Shown here one piece after another: positions 7,979-16,950 of a DNA stretch of 64,000 bases. Both the position numbers and the translations under genes were made by a program. The number at the start of each line of letters is the position of its first letter. The first letter of the stretch is position 1. This DNA comes from Bacteroidales bacterium. GTDB lineage: Bacteria; Bacteroidota; Bacteroidia; Bacteroidales; VadinHA17. Location: contig PLML01000193.1 in NCBI GenBank assembly GCA_003141525.1, positions 719 through 64,718 of the forward strand. Direction: 5' to 3'. The notes under the pieces are model-generated. The model searched no databases and was not told the DNA's origin. It saw nothing but the letters and a program-made list of their open reading frames with translations.

Positions 7979-9352
7979 CTAGTGATCCCGATAAAAGCTC
8001 TTAAATACAGCATATGGGCATGAAACTGTTGTTAGATATACTTGATTTCCAAAATAATTTGGAGGGAAAATACATTCATATGGAGCTCCGTAGTTGTCCC
8101 CCTTCCTATAATCATTTTCTCTTAAGTCATCTATAAATTCACTAACGATTTTTTGGGCTGCATTAAAATCAACCTTAGCAATGGCGTAAACAACCCAGCC
8201 TGCGGGCGTACCCCAATAAGCACCGTTCTGATACACATTTTTTTTAACAGACCCTAATGTTTTCTCCCAAGCCGTACTGTCATTATAGTCGGCAGAAGTT
8301 GAGATATGTCTAATATTCCCTTTATATGCTAAAGTTCCTTTATGGTATTCATTTGCCAATTTTTTGCAAACAAAAATGGTATGCTCCTGGTCCAAAACAT
8401 TAAGATACACTGCAAATGCTGTGCCCCAAACGTCGGGTTGATTACTCAAACCTGTTGATGCGAGAAGCATCCCGTCTTTATAAAAAACTTCAGTAATCGC
8501 TTTTCTCAATGTTTGAGCTATCTGTTTGTATAAATTTGCTTTATCTTTATTATTAATCATTTCAAACAGCACAGCTAATTCATTCGCTGCCCTAAATTTC
8601 AGTATTGAAGGGAAACATAAGTCTCCGGTAATGATGATCATATCCCTAAAACCGAAGTCACATCCCCTGAAATTTTCTGTTGTCCTAACAATCTGATTCT
8701 CAAGATTAGATGGGGGTACCTTGAACGCAACTTCAAGCCTGTCTATTAAGGACATCTCATTAATTATCTCAGATAATATTTTTTTGTCCGAGGTGGTTTT
8801 TACATAATAATATGTCATATGTATAAAATAAAACTGATCGTCGTATGGAGGTGTCCCTCCTCTTCCTTGTTCCTCATAATCATAAGTGCCCGGATAATAG
8901 ATAGGCAAGCCATTATCAATTCTTATATGGTCGGCAATAGTGCCATAGGGAATTAAACCATCGTTTTTAGTTATCCATGTTTGATTACATTGAGTAGAGG
9001 CTGTCAACATTAGCATGTGCTTTTGTTCTTTGGCAGAAATAAATCCACATTCTAATGACATTGCGTAATCTCGTATCCAAAAAGCAGGATAACTTAGCCT
9101 TCCTCCAGGCCTTATAAGTGTGCCACCGGTATTATTACTACCGTATGTCTTCGAGATAAATTGCCCTGGATAAATTCTTGAACTTTCAAGCACGTCTTTC
9201 GTTAATCCCTCAAGGAATTCAAAATCAGAATTTTTAAATAAACTGCTGACGTTTCTGTTTTGGCTTTGCAATTTTCCTAAGGTTATAAAAAGAAAAAGAA
9301 CAAATGGATAAATGTTGTGCATAATTATTTTAGGTTTTATTCTGGCTATCAT
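7979..9352 (-). CDS. Exported protein of unknown function; possible (alpha/alpha)6-barrel glycosidase-like protein (family 'A', member 1)
   Basis: 457 aa with an SPI-type signal ('...LFITLGKLQSQNR'). The start may be the Met at residue 11. It shares ordered motifs with the 442-aa protein at 12270-13598: 'AFWIRDYAM' vs 'GLWPDDFLYP', 'FGFRDMIIITG' vs 'FGYHDMVAITG', 'DVWGTAFAVY' vs 'NVWGNGLAYW', and 'YQNGAYWGTPAGWV' vs 'YINGGFWSVGTGWV'. The fold guess is weak. Confidence 0.45.
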   Translation of the reverse strand: MIARIKPKIIMHNIYPFVLFLFITLGKLQSQNRNVSSLFKNSDFEFLEGLTKDVLESSRIYPGQFISKTYGSNNTGGTLIRPGGRLSYPAFWIRDYAMSLECGFISAKEQKHMLMLTASTQCNQTWITKNDGLIPYGTIADHIRIDNGLPIYYPGTYDYEEQGRGGTPPYDDQFYFIHMTYYYVKTTSDKKILSEIINEMSLIDRLEVAFKVPPSNLENQIVRTTENFRGCDFGFRDMIIITGDLCFPSILKFRAANELAVLFEMINNKDKANLYKQIAQTLRKAITEVFYKDGMLLASTGLSNQPDVWGTAFAVYLNVLDQEHTIFVCKKLANEYHKGTLAYKGNIRHISTSADYNDSTAWEKTLGSVKKNVYQNGAYWGTPAGWVVYAIAKVDFNAAQKIVSEFIDDLRENDYRKGDNYGAPYECIFPPNYFGNQVYLTTVSCPYAVFKSFYRDH

Positions 9353-9412
9353 GATTTGAATTCAATTTAAGAATCGATTTGGATTATTTGAATAGTAATT
9401 AGTTTTATTAAA

Positions 9413-9441
9413 GATTCTGATTCATGTAAAAAATCAGAATC
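9413..9441 (-). terminator. Stem-loop overlapping the stop codon of the 873-aa gene (possible weak terminator or attenuator)
   Basis: GATTCTGATT (9413-9422) pairs perfectly with AATCAGAATC (9432-9441) across a 9-nt loop. On the minus strand the hairpin is followed by TTTAATAAAAC. The gene's TGA lies inside one arm. Confidence 0.35.
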
Positions 9442-12055
9442 GTTTTGGAGTTATCACAATCAAAAAGCCCTTATTTTGCGAAATTTTCATCGATTGTAAT
9501 GATGGAAATATTTGCGCTTGTTGAAAATCTTGAATTTCGGGTAAATAAAATATATATTCTTTTTCATCATATCCTAATTTATTCCAATCCACTTTAATGT
9601 TGCAGACCTGATCAGTACTTCCCCATGCTGCCACAGAAATAATTGATTCCTTGTTACCTTTGTATAAGGTAGCTTTTACTAAATCATTGTTCACACTGAG
9701 CGGATTATTTTTTTTATCCCAAAAGCCAATCATCTCTTTCCCTATAATATCATACTGATCCCAAAATTTCCACAAAGGACATGGATTCCCTCCCCATCCT
9801 AGACGATTTGATTCACCAAATACCATTCCTTTCCATGGATTACCTTCCCCGATCATTTGTCCGGGTAACCCATAAGGTATACCTGACTGTTCTATCAGCC
9901 AATGATCAGGCATTCGACTATAGTCACGCCCCTCTCCAATCCAGGTAAGATCAATATATGGTAATAAATCCATATATACATTTAAACAGTTAGCATAACC
10001 TCCTGCTTTATTAAAAACATTCCAACTATGTAAATCAATTCTTCCATTAGGTCGATATCGATCTATAATCCTTCGGGCCCGACATAACGTCATTCTGTCA
10101 GAAGCAGCATCATCAATATATATTCCGTCCAATTCCATGTTTCTCACCATCCAATCCAAACCACTTAAATAAAAATTATTTAGTCGGCTATCCGGTGTGG
10201 TTATCACAGATATATCTGTCAACCCTTTAAATATACCTTCATTAATAACTTGACACCATGCAGGTATGTATTTTTCCTTAAGATTATCTTTACACCACGC
10301 TGGTGCGCCACTTCCATTATAAGTGCTAATATAATCGTTGCCCACACCAGGGAAAATAATTTCACTATCTAAAGAACGAAACGCCCAAAATTCAGGAATG
10401 TTTTTAGTTAATTCACGAGTAGTGTAATAAAATTTCATTCTCATATGATTCTTATGAGCGTCATTAATTAATCGCTTTAAATCAGAAATAAATTCATCTG
10501 CAAAAGGGTAATTTATGAATGGATAAACATCGCATCCATGGTGAATTGTAATAATATTTGCTCCATTTTCTTTCGCATTCTGAACTATATCTTTTGTACT
10601 GGTGCCTAAAACAGGATGGAAATATCGATCTCCAAATTGAACAGTTTTGTTGATAGGTTTAAATGGAGTGATAAGAAGTTCAAAATCGTAATGCAGGACA
10701 TCTCCTTTTTTCAATTCTCTATAACCCGAATAGGCATTAACCATCACATCATCTCCATCCTCAGTGATTTTGACTCCGCCGGATCCATGATTCCCCCATG
10801 ATGATGGTAAATTTAATGGGCCATAAGCGTAGTATATATTTACTAAAGGTCGCACATAATTCTCTCCTTTCCATTTTAGCCTCAATCCGCCATTTACCGC
10901 TCCTATCCAAAGCATATCTTGATTACTGATTGTATCCCATTTCCAATTATACGTTCCTTGGGGACGAAAACCTCCTTCAGTATTAAGGCCCATCATATAC
11001 TCGGCTTTCTCCTTTGCCATTGGAACTTCCAATCGCATATCTTTGACTATAATTGGCATTAATGAATTAACAGTCAATTTATATTCAACATGACCATCAA
11101 ACCCCAATGTTCCCTCACATTTTAATTCTACCTCGGATGAAGCGCTATTTACAACCCATGTAATTCCTGTCTTTGTTTCTTTTATAAATTTTATTTTCTC
11201 GGACTTAAACGTTATAATTTTCCCATCGTTCTTTTCTAGGATAAAATTCATAGGCTTATTGAGAATTTCTTCGCCATTTTCTCCAATAGTTTGTACCGAA
11301 GGTGTAAAATAAGTGAGTATTGACGATGGTAATCCATTTTTACCAATTGTAAATTGTCGTCCTAATAATTTGATATTATTGCTCTCCCGTACCAGTGTAG
11401 TGAAAGGTTTTGTGACAACATCCTCTATTCCTACAGTGCTATTGAGCCAATTCAGACGAGACATTCTTTTCCCTTCACTATAGCCATGATCTGCAACTTT
11501 ATCTCCGGCCACTTTTAAAATAATAGATAAAATTCTAGCCTTTCCGTTAGATACAACACTTACCTTACCCTTATAAATGCCTGACGTAGTTTTATCCAGG
11601 TTAATGCCCACCCAAAAACTATGTGCTCTTCCTTTTTGCACTATTACTTGCTTTACAAAAGGTTTGCCGTGAAAGTTAATGCCGCCGGTGTCGAAACAAG
11701 TCATTTCTTTGATCGAAATTGATTTGCCATTGTTACCTTTCAACTCTGAGAATTTAACTTGTACGTTATTTAAATTATCTATTGCCCATACTACCAACTG
11801 GTAAGTGTAATATTCCCCAGGTTTCGCGTTTAATTCAAGTTCATTTTTTGACCAATCTTTTTGAAACCAATTTACACGGAGTGAATCAAACCATTGAACA
11901 GGTTTTTCACGTACTTCAGGAAACAACACAAAAGTTTGTTCCTGATATTTTTCCCCATAGCTTCTCAAAGCATTATCGGTAGAAATATAATTTTTCTCTT
12001 GTGATAGTAATGATAGGCTGGTACATAACATTGAGGCTAATAAGATTGATTTCAT
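9434..12055 (-). CDS. Exported glycoside-hydrolase-like protein, paralog family 'D' (short member lacking the N-terminal ~170-aa module)
   Basis: 873 aa with an SPI signal ('SLLSQEKN'). It shares the family motifs 'SRLNWLNSTVGIED', 'KFYYTTRELT..EFWAFRSLDSEI', 'LDGIYIDDAASDR', 'IDLHSWN', 'TWIGEGRDY' and 'SGIPYGL' with 13882-16950, 16937-20071 and 44971-48006. Confidence 0.6.
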   Translation of the reverse strand: MKSILLASMLCTSLSLLSQEKNYISTDNALRSYGEKYQEQTFVLFPEVREKPVQWFDSLRVNWFQKDWSKNELELNAKPGEYYTYQLVVWAIDNLNNVQVKFSELKGNNGKSISIKEMTCFDTGGINFHGKPFVKQVIVQKGRAHSFWVGINLDKTTSGIYKGKVSVVSNGKARILSIILKVAGDKVADHGYSEGKRMSRLNWLNSTVGIEDVVTKPFTTLVRESNNIKLLGRQFTIGKNGLPSSILTYFTPSVQTIGENGEEILNKPMNFILEKNDGKIITFKSEKIKFIKETKTGITWVVNSASSEVELKCEGTLGFDGHVEYKLTVNSLMPIIVKDMRLEVPMAKEKAEYMMGLNTEGGFRPQGTYNWKWDTISNQDMLWIGAVNGGLRLKWKGENYVRPLVNIYYAYGPLNLPSSWGNHGSGGVKITEDGDDVMVNAYSGYRELKKGDVLHYDFELLITPFKPINKTVQFGDRYFHPVLGTSTKDIVQNAKENGANIITIHHGCDVYPFINYPFADEFISDLKRLINDAHKNHMRMKFYYTTRELTKNIPEFWAFRSLDSEIIFPGVGNDYISTYNGSGAPAWCKDNLKEKYIPAWCQVINEGIFKGLTDISVITTPDSRLNNFYLSGLDWMVRNMELDGIYIDDAASDRMTLCRARRIIDRYRPNGRIDLHSWNVFNKAGGYANCLNVYMDLLPYIDLTWIGEGRDYSRMPDHWLIEQSGIPYGLPGQMIGEGNPWKGMVFGESNRLGWGGNPCPLWKFWDQYDIIGKEMIGFWDKKNNPLSVNNDLVKATLYKGNKESIISVAAWGSTDQVCNIKVDWNKLGYDEKEYIFYLPEIQDFQQAQIFPSLQSMKISQNKGFLIVITPKRF

Positions 12056-12269
12056 AAGGGTCTCCTTAATCTTGCTACTTAAATTTCTAAACTTATTTTA
12101 TAAAACTGCACAATTTATAGTAGGTGGAAGTAGTGAATATCTGAGATTTTAGATTCATTGTCACCGATTATAATTAAAATAAACTCAAGATTTCTATTTA
12201 TTTAATTTTCCTCATAATTTAACCTCAATATCATAGAAAATTGAAAGGTATTTAGCAGGCTGCTTTAAA

Positions 12270-13598
12270 TTAGAAGTAATCACTAAAAGGTTTCTTTTCG
12301 ATGATTGCTTTAAGCCCCATCATTGGTACGGCAATTCCTGCAATGAAACCTGAAGCTCCTCCTCCATTACCATCAGCTGAAACACATTCAGGAAATCCTA
12401 ACTTTACAGAATTTTCTACCATTTCCCTGGCTATTTCTAATGCCAATTCAGGATTTTCTATCTCTATAGCAGGTAATACCCAGCCCGTACCTACTGACCA
12501 AAAACCTCCATTAATATAACTACCAACAAGTGAGCTCTCATATCTACCTAAATTCATATCATACTTTGCCGCCCACATTCTTTGCCAACCTTCAGGTTCT
12601 GCTATCTGTCGTGTTGCTCCTTTTAGGAAGATCGCTTTACGATTCTTTTCGTAATACTGACCTATTCGTTTTCTAATTTCCGGCTTTGACATCCAATATG
12701 CAAGACCATTACCCCAAACATTGATCTGACGACAATCTTTCGATCCAGCAAAATATGCTCCATGTTCCTCATCAAACAAACGATATAAGTTATCAGCAAT
12801 TTCTTTTGACAATCTTTCCCATTTATTGATTTCAGTTTTTTCTATATACCCATTAAAAAACCGTGCTCCACGTTTTAATCCAAAATGGAGCACCATACTG
12901 CTCATCAGTTCAAAACCGGTTATTGCCACCATATCATGATAGCCAAAACCTACTCGCGCATGTTGAGGATCACTATACGCCAGTCCACATGCAAACGATA
13001 TACTATCTATACCTCGCTTAAATAATAGTGCCCAATCTTCTTTTCGAGGAATAGTAGCTCCCATCTTTTCAATATAATCTATCAGTCGAATCCATGCTGC
13101 AGGTAAGTGAAGAGGCATTCGCTCTGTAGGATGTTGGGAAAAGGCATAACCTGGATGCATCATTGGCATTCCATCAGAATCTACTCTATCTGGAAACAGT
13201 TCCAAATCAACCATACTTTCTGTTAAAAATTTACTTATTTGTGTTAGTCTTTCCTTATCATATAGTCCAGACTCAACAAGCATCGGATACAAAAAATCAT
13301 CAGGCCATAACCCTCGATAAGTATTACTCACGCATGGAGAATGTATTTTAAAATTATTATCATATTCTACTTTTGACCGTTCCAAACAATCAATCAAATG
13401 CTTTCTCAAAATCTCATATAGCTCTTTATAAGCCGAAGTATAAATACCACGATAAGAAATAATAGAGCTATTTGTTTTATCAATTAATATTTGTGAATTC
13501 GATATATGATCAGCTTGATTTTCGAAAGTATCAATTGGTAACATAAGTCCTGTTGCCCCTAATGTACCTGTCAATGATAGAAAATGCCGTCTTTTCAT
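12270..13598 (-). CDS. Tat-exported protein of unknown function; possible (alpha/alpha)6-barrel glycosidase-like protein (family 'A', member 2)
   Basis: 442 aa. The twin-arginine leader is 'MKRRHFLSLTGTLGATGLMLP'. Its motif order parallels the 457-aa protein at 7979-9352. Confidence 0.45.
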   Translation of the reverse strand: MKRRHFLSLTGTLGATGLMLPIDTFENQADHISNSQILIDKTNSSIISYRGIYTSAYKELYEILRKHLIDCLERSKVEYDNNFKIHSPCVSNTYRGLWPDDFLYPMLVESGLYDKERLTQISKFLTESMVDLELFPDRVDSDGMPMMHPGYAFSQHPTERMPLHLPAAWIRLIDYIEKMGATIPRKEDWALLFKRGIDSISFACGLAYSDPQHARVGFGYHDMVAITGFELMSSMVLHFGLKRGARFFNGYIEKTEINKWERLSKEIADNLYRLFDEEHGAYFAGSKDCRQINVWGNGLAYWMSKPEIRKRIGQYYEKNRKAIFLKGATRQIAEPEGWQRMWAAKYDMNLGRYESSLVGSYINGGFWSVGTGWVLPAIEIENPELALEIAREMVENSVKLGFPECVSADGNGGGASGFIAGIAVPMMGLKAIIEKKPFSDYF

Positions 13599-13881
13599 TT
13601 TTCTTGTAATTTTGTGTCCTAATTTACGATAGAGGTAATTTAATTTTTTAAAGATTTTTAAGTGTTAATGACTGTGATTCATATATTTGGATTATTTACA
13701 TATAAACCCAAAGATTATCTTTATCAATATCCGCATTCATTGAAGTTTCCGATGTATAGAGCTATAATAGAGTACATTTGATTTCCATATTACTGCATAT
13801 GCAATAAATTAAGGACCATGGCTGTAATTTATTCTATCACGATATAAAAACTTTTTTTGAGGTTCGTGATTAAATTATTCA

Positions 13882-16800
13882 CTACTCTTCTTCCACCACT
13901 AACAACCAACCTTTTTTAGACTCTATTGTAATAGATTCATCTCGAGCAAATGCCTTTTCAGGTTGAAAATTCTTAATTGCGGGTGCAGTAATCTTGATAT
14001 TGTCAGGATTAATACCTGCTCTGGCAAAATCTATTTTAAGTTTAACAGAAGTCGTTTCTTTTGCCCAGCTTGCTATACTAATGAGCATCTTTTTATTCTT
14101 CAAATAGGCTGTAGCCAATACATCTTTATTTGAAGTAGTGACAATAGGTTTTTCATCCCAATAACCTATCATCTTTGCATCAGCAATGCCAAAACTATCC
14201 CATGCCTTCCAAATTTCAGTGGGATCAGAGACTCCTTTATCAGTATAGGGCAAACGAGAAGTCATTCCATATATCATCCCCCTCCATGGGTTTTCACCTC
14301 CTGCTTGTGCCAACGGTAGCATATCGCCCATCAGTCCAAACGGAATTCCCGACACCTCTACCAGCCAGTTGGCTGGTGACATCTCATTATAATTATATAA
14401 TTCGCCAAACCATATTTTATCCAAGTACGGGAAAAATTCAGTATATTGCAAAACAGGAGGACCTCCATAAGTTCCTGCATGCAGATCAATAATGCAATTT
14501 GGTTTCACTTCATTCATTACTTTACGCATACGCATAATCATTTCTCTTCCATAAGCAGCTGCATCGAGATACAGCCCATCTATACCCATCTCCTTTACCA
14601 ACCACTTTAATCCTTCCACGTAATAATTATACCAACGTGTGTTGCCGGGAGATGTCATAATAGCAGCATCGGCTCCTTTTAGGTCACCGAGATACTGATA
14701 CCATTGGGGAATATAGTCATCTACCAAATGCTCTCTTAACCAAGGATATCCCCCACCAGGACCGCTAGCAAGAATCTCGTCACCAAGACTTCTCAATGCC
14801 CATATTTCGGTTGTAAAATTTGAAAGCTCTCTTACTGTGTAGTAAATTTTTACTTTCATCCCTTTGCTATGCCAACGGTCAACAAAGTCCTTCAATTCCT
14901 TTACGGCTATAAAGGGATAATTAATGTTCGGATTGTACTTATTAGCTTGATGCACATTGATAACTTTAACACCATTTGCCACAGCCTTTTCTGAAGGTTC
15001 AGGAGCAAGCGGATCATGAAAATAACGATCAGTAAACTGACTGTATGTATTGAGTTTTTTTACTGGTGTTATCACAAATGCACATTCAAACTTAATGCTT
15101 TCTCCTTTTTTTATAGTCCTAGGACCACTATATACTATTGCATCCCGCTGATTTTCAGAAGTTCTGATTCTGAATCCACCTTTACCATTATTGTCCCAAC
15201 TTGGAGGTGGAGCTGTATTGTAGAACATAAGCAATGGACCACTATACGGTGCCCCCCTGAGCTCGCAGCTTATACCACCATTTGTATTTCCAAGCCAAAA
15301 AGAATCATGTAATATGTCCCATTTACCTTCATGCGTTTCGGGGGTATCTGTCCCTGGAAGTCCCATTCCAATTATATAGCGCGCCATGTTTTTCTTAACG
15401 GGTATTACTAATTGGATATCGGTAACGTTTATATCCTTGTTTGCTTCAATATCAAATGTGTATTTTAGATATCCATCACACCATGCCTCAGAATGAGTCG
15501 TTAGCTTAATCAAATCATTTGTCTGCTCTATCTTTTTGGATAAAGAGCTGGCTGTCTTATTTGTTTCAATTATTTTATTTGTATTGAACTGTATATTGCC
15601 TTTCCCAGTTTTTATTTCAAATTGGATAGGTGCAGCCAAAATCTCTTTGCTCCATACTTTTATTGACGATGGTAGTCCACTTTCGGAAAATGAAAGTTCC
15701 TTCCCCGATAATACTACAACTTTTTCGTCTGGTACTTTTATGAACTCATAAGGAGGAATGGGATTGTCATCTATTCCTGCCGTTGAGTTCAGCCAACGTA
15801 AACGCGAATACCTCCAGGTCTCACCATCACCCCTGTCCACCAATATTTTATCCAATACTTTAATATTTACCTCTATGTATTTTTGTCCACAGTTTTTCGT
15901 ATTTATCGTCATTTTTCCGCTATATTTTCCCGGTGGAATATTTTGCGGTATATCTACCCCGATCCACAAGGTTTGAACTTTGTTTTTTTCAACATTTACC
16001 ATTTTAGAAAAAGGTTTGCCAAAGGGATCAATACCCCCTGTATTGAAACAAGTCATAGAAGTAACAGGTAAGGTATATTTACTACCTTTCAGAGATGTAA
16101 ATTCTACTCTTACATTTTCAATATCTTCCATTGCCCAGAGTCCTACCTGAAAAGCATAATATTCATTTTTATACGCCGTTCCCTCAAAGACATCGGTCAT
16201 TGGATTCAGGATCCATTTCTGCGGGATATTATCCAACATCCGGATGGGATATTTTCTGTCTTCCGGAAAGAGCAGAAATTTGCTGCCGCTAAGAGAGGAT
16301 TTCAGAACTTCTTTCTCCTTCTCAGTGGCAATCACCTCCATAGGATAAAAAGAATCGAATTCCGTGCGGGCCTGAATTTCGACAGGTTTTGCTTCAATAT
16401 AGTTAGATTTTAGATTTTTTTCGATATTAATTTTCTTTAACCAATGTTTATCCGGTGGAGGCTCTTGTGGCAGGTAATTTCTGCTGTACCCCCCCCATCC
16501 TCCTTGTAACTCATAAGGAAGATAATAAAAGTAATATTTACCAGCACTTACTGGTCCAAATAAAAGATTGCATCGCTCATTGTTTACATCTATGCGGTAT
16601 ATGTTTTGAACTGTATCGTTTGCCCGCGCATTTAAGATAATAAATCGATGTCTATCTACATCCTTGTCGTGACGTCGCCACTCCAGATTTAGATGGGCCA
16701 CCTCTCCATCCGATGGGATATTAATTACAGCACGGTGATTACCAATAGATGAAGGAAATTCTGTAGGCATCGAATCGGGTCTGATTTTTTTATGAACCCT

Positions 16801-16950
16801 ACCCATTATTTGCTCCCAAGGTTGGTTCGCAACTGAATAACGAAGTGTTTTTTTCTGATTACAAGCAAATAAAAAAATAAATATCACTCCTGCTAATAAA
16901 ATGTTTTTCATGATGTTATTTTGAATTATCGTTTTTCTATTCTTTAACAA
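13882..16950 (-). CDS. Exported ~1000-aa glycoside-hydrolase-like lipoprotein, paralog family 'D'
   Basis: 1022 aa. The likely true start is the Met at 16911, giving 'MKNILLAGVIFIFLFAC' with a lipobox Cys. That start removes the 14-nt overlap with the upstream gene. The N-terminal module is 'GNHRAVINIP...LEWRRHD...GKYYFYYLPYE'. Family motifs are 'SRLRWLNSTAGIDD', 'KIYYTVRELSNFTTEIWALRSLGDEI', 'DGLYLDAAAYGRE', 'IDLHAGT', 'IWFGELYNY' and 'SGIPFGL'. By eye it is about 70% identical to 44971-48006 in the N-terminal region. Confidence 0.6.
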   Translation of the reverse strand: MLKNRKTIIQNNIMKNILLAGVIFIFLFACNQKKTLRYSVANQPWEQIMGRVHKKIRPDSMPTEFPSSIGNHRAVINIPSDGEVAHLNLEWRRHDKDVDRHRFIILNARANDTVQNIYRIDVNNERCNLLFGPVSAGKYYFYYLPYELQGGWGGYSRNYLPQEPPPDKHWLKKINIEKNLKSNYIEAKPVEIQARTEFDSFYPMEVIATEKEKEVLKSSLSGSKFLLFPEDRKYPIRMLDNIPQKWILNPMTDVFEGTAYKNEYYAFQVGLWAMEDIENVRVEFTSLKGSKYTLPVTSMTCFNTGGIDPFGKPFSKMVNVEKNKVQTLWIGVDIPQNIPPGKYSGKMTINTKNCGQKYIEVNIKVLDKILVDRGDGETWRYSRLRWLNSTAGIDDNPIPPYEFIKVPDEKVVVLSGKELSFSESGLPSSIKVWSKEILAAPIQFEIKTGKGNIQFNTNKIIETNKTASSLSKKIEQTNDLIKLTTHSEAWCDGYLKYTFDIEANKDINVTDIQLVIPVKKNMARYIIGMGLPGTDTPETHEGKWDILHDSFWLGNTNGGISCELRGAPYSGPLLMFYNTAPPPSWDNNGKGGFRIRTSENQRDAIVYSGPRTIKKGESIKFECAFVITPVKKLNTYSQFTDRYFHDPLAPEPSEKAVANGVKVINVHQANKYNPNINYPFIAVKELKDFVDRWHSKGMKVKIYYTVRELSNFTTEIWALRSLGDEILASGPGGGYPWLREHLVDDYIPQWYQYLGDLKGADAAIMTSPGNTRWYNYYVEGLKWLVKEMGIDGLYLDAAAYGREMIMRMRKVMNEVKPNCIIDLHAGTYGGPPVLQYTEFFPYLDKIWFGELYNYNEMSPANWLVEVSGIPFGLMGDMLPLAQAGGENPWRGMIYGMTSRLPYTDKGVSDPTEIWKAWDSFGIADAKMIGYWDEKPIVTTSNKDVLATAYLKNKKMLISIASWAKETTSVKLKIDFARAGINPDNIKITAPAIKNFQPEKAFARDESITIESKKGWLLVVEEE

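Noticed and set aside
12254-12264. Palindrome AGCAGGCTGCT next to the stop of the 442-aa gene
   Set aside because: The 5-bp arms have a 1-nt spacer, so it cannot form a hairpin. It is too short to be a credible protein site on its own.
13836-13870. 7-bp inverted repeat ATCACGA...TCGTGAT just downstream of the 1022-aa gene stop
   Set aside because: The stem is short, the loop is 21 nt and AT-rich, and no U-run follows on the minus strand. It cannot be distinguished from chance in AT-rich DNA.
16937-16950. 14-nt overlap between two family-D genes (and the 11-nt overlap at 47996-48006); considered as a sign of a frameshifted fusion or pseudogene
   Set aside because: Both downstream genes have better internal starts (16911 and 47988) that give clean signal peptides and remove the overlaps. 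Both frames are intact over their full length.
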